Below, in pieces: positions 60,407-64,000 of a stretch of 64,000 bases of DNA. Positions within the stretch are counted from its first letter, which is position 1; each line of letters starts with the position of its first letter. The stretch covers positions 4,433 to 68,432 of the forward strand of contig JAEZMB010000139.1 of NCBI GenBank assembly GCA_023435825.1. Reading direction: 5' to 3'. The notes under the pieces were generated by a model. That model was not told the origin of the DNA. It saw only the letters and a list, made by a program, of their open reading frames with translations, and did no database searches. Source of the DNA: Pseudomonadota bacterium (GTDB lineage Bacteria; Desulfobacterota; Desulfovibrionia; Desulfovibrionales; Desulfovibrionaceae). A program made the position numbers and the translations under genes.

Positions 60407-61452
60407 TGCCGCCGCACGCCCTCCCCCAGGGCGGGTTCCTGAAACGGACCCTGCCCCTTGTCCTGGCCGGACTGGCAGCCGTCAGCGCCGCCTGTCTGGC
60501 CGGGGCCTATCCGGCCGCCCCGGGGGATGTGCTGGCCGTGCTGGCCCGGGCGGCCGGCTTTAGCGTCCCGGCTCCGGCCGATCCGGCCCTGCCGACGGTG
60601 GTCATGGAACTGCGCCTGACCCGCGCGCTTTTGGCTTATGGCGTGGGCGCGGCCCTGGCCGTGGCCGGCGCGGCCTTCCAGGGCGTGCTGCGAAATCCCC
60701 TGGCCGATCCCTTTACCCTTGGCGTCTCGGGCGGCGCGGCCTTTGGCGCGGCCCTGTCCCTGACGCTGGGCCTTGGCGCGGCCCTGGGCTCAAGGCTCGT
60801 CACTCCGGCCTGCGCCCTGGCCGGCGGCGGCGCGACCCTGGTCGCCGTCCTGGCCCTGTCCCGGCTGGCCGGCGGGCTTCGGCGCGAGACGGTGGTCCTG
60901 TCCGGTATCGTGGCGGCCACGTTCCTTTCCGCCCTGCTCTCGCTGGTCAAGGCGCTCAACGAGGAATCCGTGGCCGGCATTGTTTTTTGGATCATGGGCG
61001 GCTTTCAGGGCAAGGGTCGGGCAGAACTGGCGCTTTTCGCCCCGTGTCTTGTGCTGGGGCTGGCCGGCGTGGGGCTTTTCGTGCGCGAACTGGACATCCT
61101 GCTTTTGGGGCAGCGCCAAGCCCGGCAGCTTGGCGTGGCCGCCGGCCGGTCGCGGCTGGCGCTTCTTGGCGCGGCCAGCCTTTTAACCGCCGGAGCCGTG
61201 GCCGTCTCCGGAGTCATCGGCTTTGTGGGGCTCATCGCCCCCCATGCCTGCCGGCGGCTCTACGGCGGCGAGCATGGGTCGCTTGTGCCCCAAGCCGCCC
61301 TGGCCGGCGGAGCGCTGTTGTGCGGAGCCGACGTGTTGGCCCGGGTGATCCTGCCCGGCGGCGCGGAGTTGCCCGTCGGCGTGGTGACCGCTCTGCTTGG
61401 CGGGCCGTTTTTCTGCTTCCTGCTCCTGACCGGACGCGGGGGGCGGGCGTGA
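60406..61452 (+). CDS. FecCD/BtuC-family ABC permease
   Basis: RNPLADP..LGVS.GA, G.IGFVGL..PH, ELPVG. Confidence 0.92.
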   Translation: MPPHALPQGGFLKRTLPLVLAGLAAVSAACLAGAYPAAPGDVLAVLARAAGFSVPAPADPALPTVVMELRLTRALLAYGVGAALAVAGAAFQGVLRNPLADPFTLGVSGGAAFGAALSLTLGLGAALGSRLVTPACALAGGGATLVAVLALSRLAGGLRRETVVLSGIVAATFLSALLSLVKALNEESVAGIVFWIMGGFQGKGRAELALFAPCLVLGLAGVGLFVRELDILLLGQRQARQLGVAAGRSRLALLGAASLLTAGAVAVSGVIGFVGLIAPHACRRLYGGEHGSLVPQAALAGGALLCGADVLARVILPGGAELPVGVVTALLGGPFFCFLLLTGRGGRA

Positions 61453-62261
61453 TCCGCTGCCGCGACCTGACCAGCGGCTACCGGGGCCGGGCCGTCCTTG
61501 GCGGGCTGAGCCTTACCGTGGCCGCCGGCGAGATGGTCGGCATCCTTGGCCCCAACGGCGCGGGCAAGACCACGCTGCTCATGGCGCTTTCGGGCGTGCT
61601 GTCGCCCGGCGCGGGCACGGTGGCCCTGGCCGGGCGCGATCTGGCCGAACTCACCGACCGGCAGCGGGCCAGGCTCGTGGCCGCCGTGCCCCAGCGCGGC
61701 GAAAACGCCGGGGAGCTGGCCGTGCGCTCGGTGGTGCTCATGGGACGTTATCCCTATCTGGGATTTCTTGGCGGCTACGGTCCGGAGGATCACCGGGCGG
61801 CCGAGGCGGCCATGGAGGCCGTGGGCCTGGGCGAACTGGCCGGCCGACGGCTCCACGAACTGTCCGGCGGCGAGTTCCAGCGGGTGCTGGCCGCCCGGGC
61901 CCTGGCCCAGGAAAGCGGCATCTTGCTTTTGGACGAAGCCTCGGCCAGCCTGGACATCGCCCGCAAGATGGACCTCTACCGGCTGCTCGCCGCCCGAAAC
62001 GCGGCCGGCGTCACCATCCTGGCCGCCCTGCACGACATCAATCTGGCCGCGCTTTTTTGCCGGCGGCTGGTGTTTCTGAAAAACGGCCGCATCGAGGCCG
62101 ACGGCCCCACGGCCGAGGTTTTTACGCAACAAACCCTTTCGAGGATTTATGAGACCGACATCATCGTTATCGCCCATCCCCAGACCGGCGCGCCCCAGGC
62201 GTTGGCTGCCGGCGGCGGTCTGTCTGCTGGCCGGCCTGCTTACGGCCGCACCGGCCCGTAG
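61449..62261 (+). CDS. ABC transporter ATP-binding protein
   Basis: GPNGAGKT, LSGGE, LLLDE, LHD; GTGA overlap with permease. Confidence 0.92.
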   Translation: MIRCRDLTSGYRGRAVLGGLSLTVAAGEMVGILGPNGAGKTTLLMALSGVLSPGAGTVALAGRDLAELTDRQRARLVAAVPQRGENAGELAVRSVVLMGRYPYLGFLGGYGPEDHRAAEAAMEAVGLGELAGRRLHELSGGEFQRVLAARALAQESGILLLDEASASLDIARKMDLYRLLAARNAAGVTILAALHDINLAALFCRRLVFLKNGRIEADGPTAEVFTQQTLSRIYETDIIVIAHPQTGAPQALAAGGGLSAGRPAYGRTGP

Positions 62262-63075
62262 CCAAGGCCCGGCCATCGTCGACGACCTGGGCAACGCCGT
62301 CGCCCTGCCCGCCCCGGCCCGTCGGGTCGTGCCGCTTTACGGCGCGTTCATGGACATCCTGGCCGGCATGGATCTCGCCGACCGGATCGTGGCCCGCACC
62401 GAAGCCGACCCGGCCCCGGCCGGCGAGCCGGACCTGCCGGTCATCGGCACCCACATGCGCCCCAACATCGAGCGCGTCCTGGCCGTGCGCCCGGACCTCG
62501 TGCTGCAAATGGACGGCCGGGGCGAGGCCCGGGAATCGGCCGCCAGGCTCGCCGCCCTGGGCATTCCCACGGCGGTCTTCGCCGTGTCGGATTTCCCCAC
62601 GCTGTTTTCCGCCATCGACCGCATAGGCGTGCTGTGCGGCGACGAAAACGCGGCCTGCAAACGGCGCGAAGCCCTGACCAGCCGCCTGCTCGCCGTCAAA
62701 CGGCCGGACGGCCCGCCGCCCCGGGTCTTTTTCGAAGTACGCTCGGGCAGCCTGCTGGCCGCCGGAGAGGCCTCCATGACGGCGGCCGTCATTGCCGCCG
62801 CCGGCGGGAAAAACGCCGTGGCGGCCAAGGAGAAAATCGTGCGCTTATCCGACGAGGAACTGCTGCGCCTAGCCCCGGACGTCTGCCTCACCCAGCGCGG
62901 CCCCATGAACCCCGAAGCCCGGTCCATGGCCGAGCGCCCCGAGTACGCCACGCTGCCCTGCGTGCGAAACGGCCGGGCCTTCGTGGTGGACGAGGCGACC
63001 TTCTCCCGGCCCGGGCCGGGAAGCGTGACGGCCGTGGAAGAACTGGCCAAACTGCTGTCCGGGAGAGCGTCATGA
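62149..63075 (+). CDS. BtuF-like substrate-binding protein
   Basis: Signal peptide, DDLG..V, PNIE.VLA..PDLV, RPGP; start uncertain. Confidence 0.88.
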   Translation: MRPTSSLSPIPRPARPRRWLPAAVCLLAGLLTAAPARSQGPAIVDDLGNAVALPAPARRVVPLYGAFMDILAGMDLADRIVARTEADPAPAGEPDLPVIGTHMRPNIERVLAVRPDLVLQMDGRGEARESAARLAALGIPTAVFAVSDFPTLFSAIDRIGVLCGDENAACKRREALTSRLLAVKRPDGPPPRVFFEVRSGSLLAAGEASMTAAVIAAAGGKNAVAAKEKIVRLSDEELLRLAPDVCLTQRGPMNPEARSMAERPEYATLPCVRNGRAFVVDEATFSRPGPGSVTAVEELAKLLSGRAS

Positions 63076-63785
63076 CCCGCCCCGGAACGCTTTTCGGCAT
63101 CGGCGTCGGCCCCGGCGACCCGGAACTGGTGACGCTTAAGGCCGTGCGCGTCCTTGGCGCGGTGGACGCGGTCTTTGCCGCCTCGTCGAGCAAAAACGAC
63201 TATTCCATCGCCGAGGCCATCGTCGCCCCCCACCTGCCGGCCAGCCGGGGGCTCACCCGCCTGCCCTTTCCCATGACCCGCGACCAGGCCGCCCTGGACG
63301 CGGCCTGGGCGAAAAACGCCGCGGCCATGGCCGAAGTGTTGACCGCCGGGCACGACGCGGCCTTCATCACCCTGGGCGATCCGCTCCTGTACAGCACCTT
63401 TGGCTACGTGCTCCCGCGCCTGCGCGCCCTGGTCCCGGGCCTTGCCGTGGAGATCGTGCCCGGCATCACCTCGTTTCAGGCGGCGGCGGCCCGCACCGGG
63501 CAAGTGCTGGCCGAGGCCGGCGAAAACCTGCTCGTGGCTTCGGGCATCGACGACGACGGCCGGCTGGCCGCCGCCCTGGAAACGGCCGACAACGCTGTCA
63601 TCTTAAAGGCCTACAAAAGCTTCCCCCGGCTTCGCGCCCTGCTCTCCAGCCTGGGCCTGGCCCGGAGCACGACCTTCGTCACCCGCCTGGGCCATGACGG
63701 CGAGGCCGTGGTGCGCGATCTGGATAACGCCCCCGAGCGGCCCCACTACCTGTCGCTGTGCCTCATCAAGCGGGGGCGACGGTAG
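63072..63785 (+). CDS. cobI: Precorrin-2 C20-methyltransferase
   Basis: GIGVGPGDPELVTLKA, FPM, TLGDP..YSTF, VPGITS, YLS. Confidence 0.95.
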   Translation: MTRPGTLFGIGVGPGDPELVTLKAVRVLGAVDAVFAASSSKNDYSIAEAIVAPHLPASRGLTRLPFPMTRDQAALDAAWAKNAAAMAEVLTAGHDAAFITLGDPLLYSTFGYVLPRLRALVPGLAVEIVPGITSFQAAAARTGQVLAEAGENLLVASGIDDDGRLAAALETADNAVILKAYKSFPRLRALLSSLGLARSTTFVTRLGHDGEAVVRDLDNAPERPHYLSLCLIKRGRR

Positions 63786-63863
63786 TCTACTGCGCCTTAA
63801 AAGCAAATATATTATAGGGTTGAGAAGGGAATGCACTAGGCGTTCTTCCAGGTCGCGACACGA
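63783..63863 (+). mobile_element. Partial MITE-like copy (right end)
   Basis: AT-rich core, then ggcgttcttccaGGTCGCGACACG, directly after the cobI TAG. Confidence 0.5.
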
Positions 63864-64000
63864 AAGCCCCGTCGCGCCAGTCCCCCCAATCCGTCAACGC
63901 CGGATGCCCTATTCCCAGGGGCGTCCGGCGTTGGCCGTTTCTCATGGTCGAAAGCTGCTTCTTTTCATCACAACGCGCGCGTAACGAAATTCATCGACGC

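Noticed and set aside
59200..63785. cbiK-ABC-cobI operon as a novel system
   Set aside because: This arrangement with a periplasmic CbiK is already established in Desulfovibrio

Overview
GC-rich chromosomal window, most likely from a Desulfovibrionaceae sulfate reducer (Solidesulfovibrio-like; inferred from gene content, not proven). The left part (1-31.9 kb) is mostly housekeeping: folE2, nikR, gcvH-gcvPA-gcvPB-lpdA, maf, an RsrR-like Rrf2 regulator, glyA under a ZTP riboswitch, a complete cyoABCDE quinol oxidase operon, a secreted S8 protease, a LysM-TPR protein, a DMT transporter and rpmH-rnpA-yidD-yidC-jag. An initiator tRNA-Met (31924-32000) is the integration site of a ~14 kb integrase-less island bounded by a 24-bp direct repeat. 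The island carries a 2139-aa DUF4011/SF1-helicase/Vsr-like (Hhe-type) putative defence protein and a four-gene phosphorelay. Further accessory envelope genes follow (PEP-CTERM, TPR/Skp-like, large membrane protein), then comEC, pfpI and a cobalamin-riboswitch-controlled cbiK-ABC-cobI operon. Three observations stand out. (1) rpmH appears to be nested completely inside an N-terminally extended rnpA ORF, with two ATGs 4 nt apart behind one SD, as in Thermus. (2) A dispersed ~100-bp MITE-like family starts at CTAG sites that supply stop codons, with a probable in-frame copy inside comEC. (3) A diverged ~265-bp non-coding module follows both att copies. All alignments were done by eye and start codons were chosen from RBS context.
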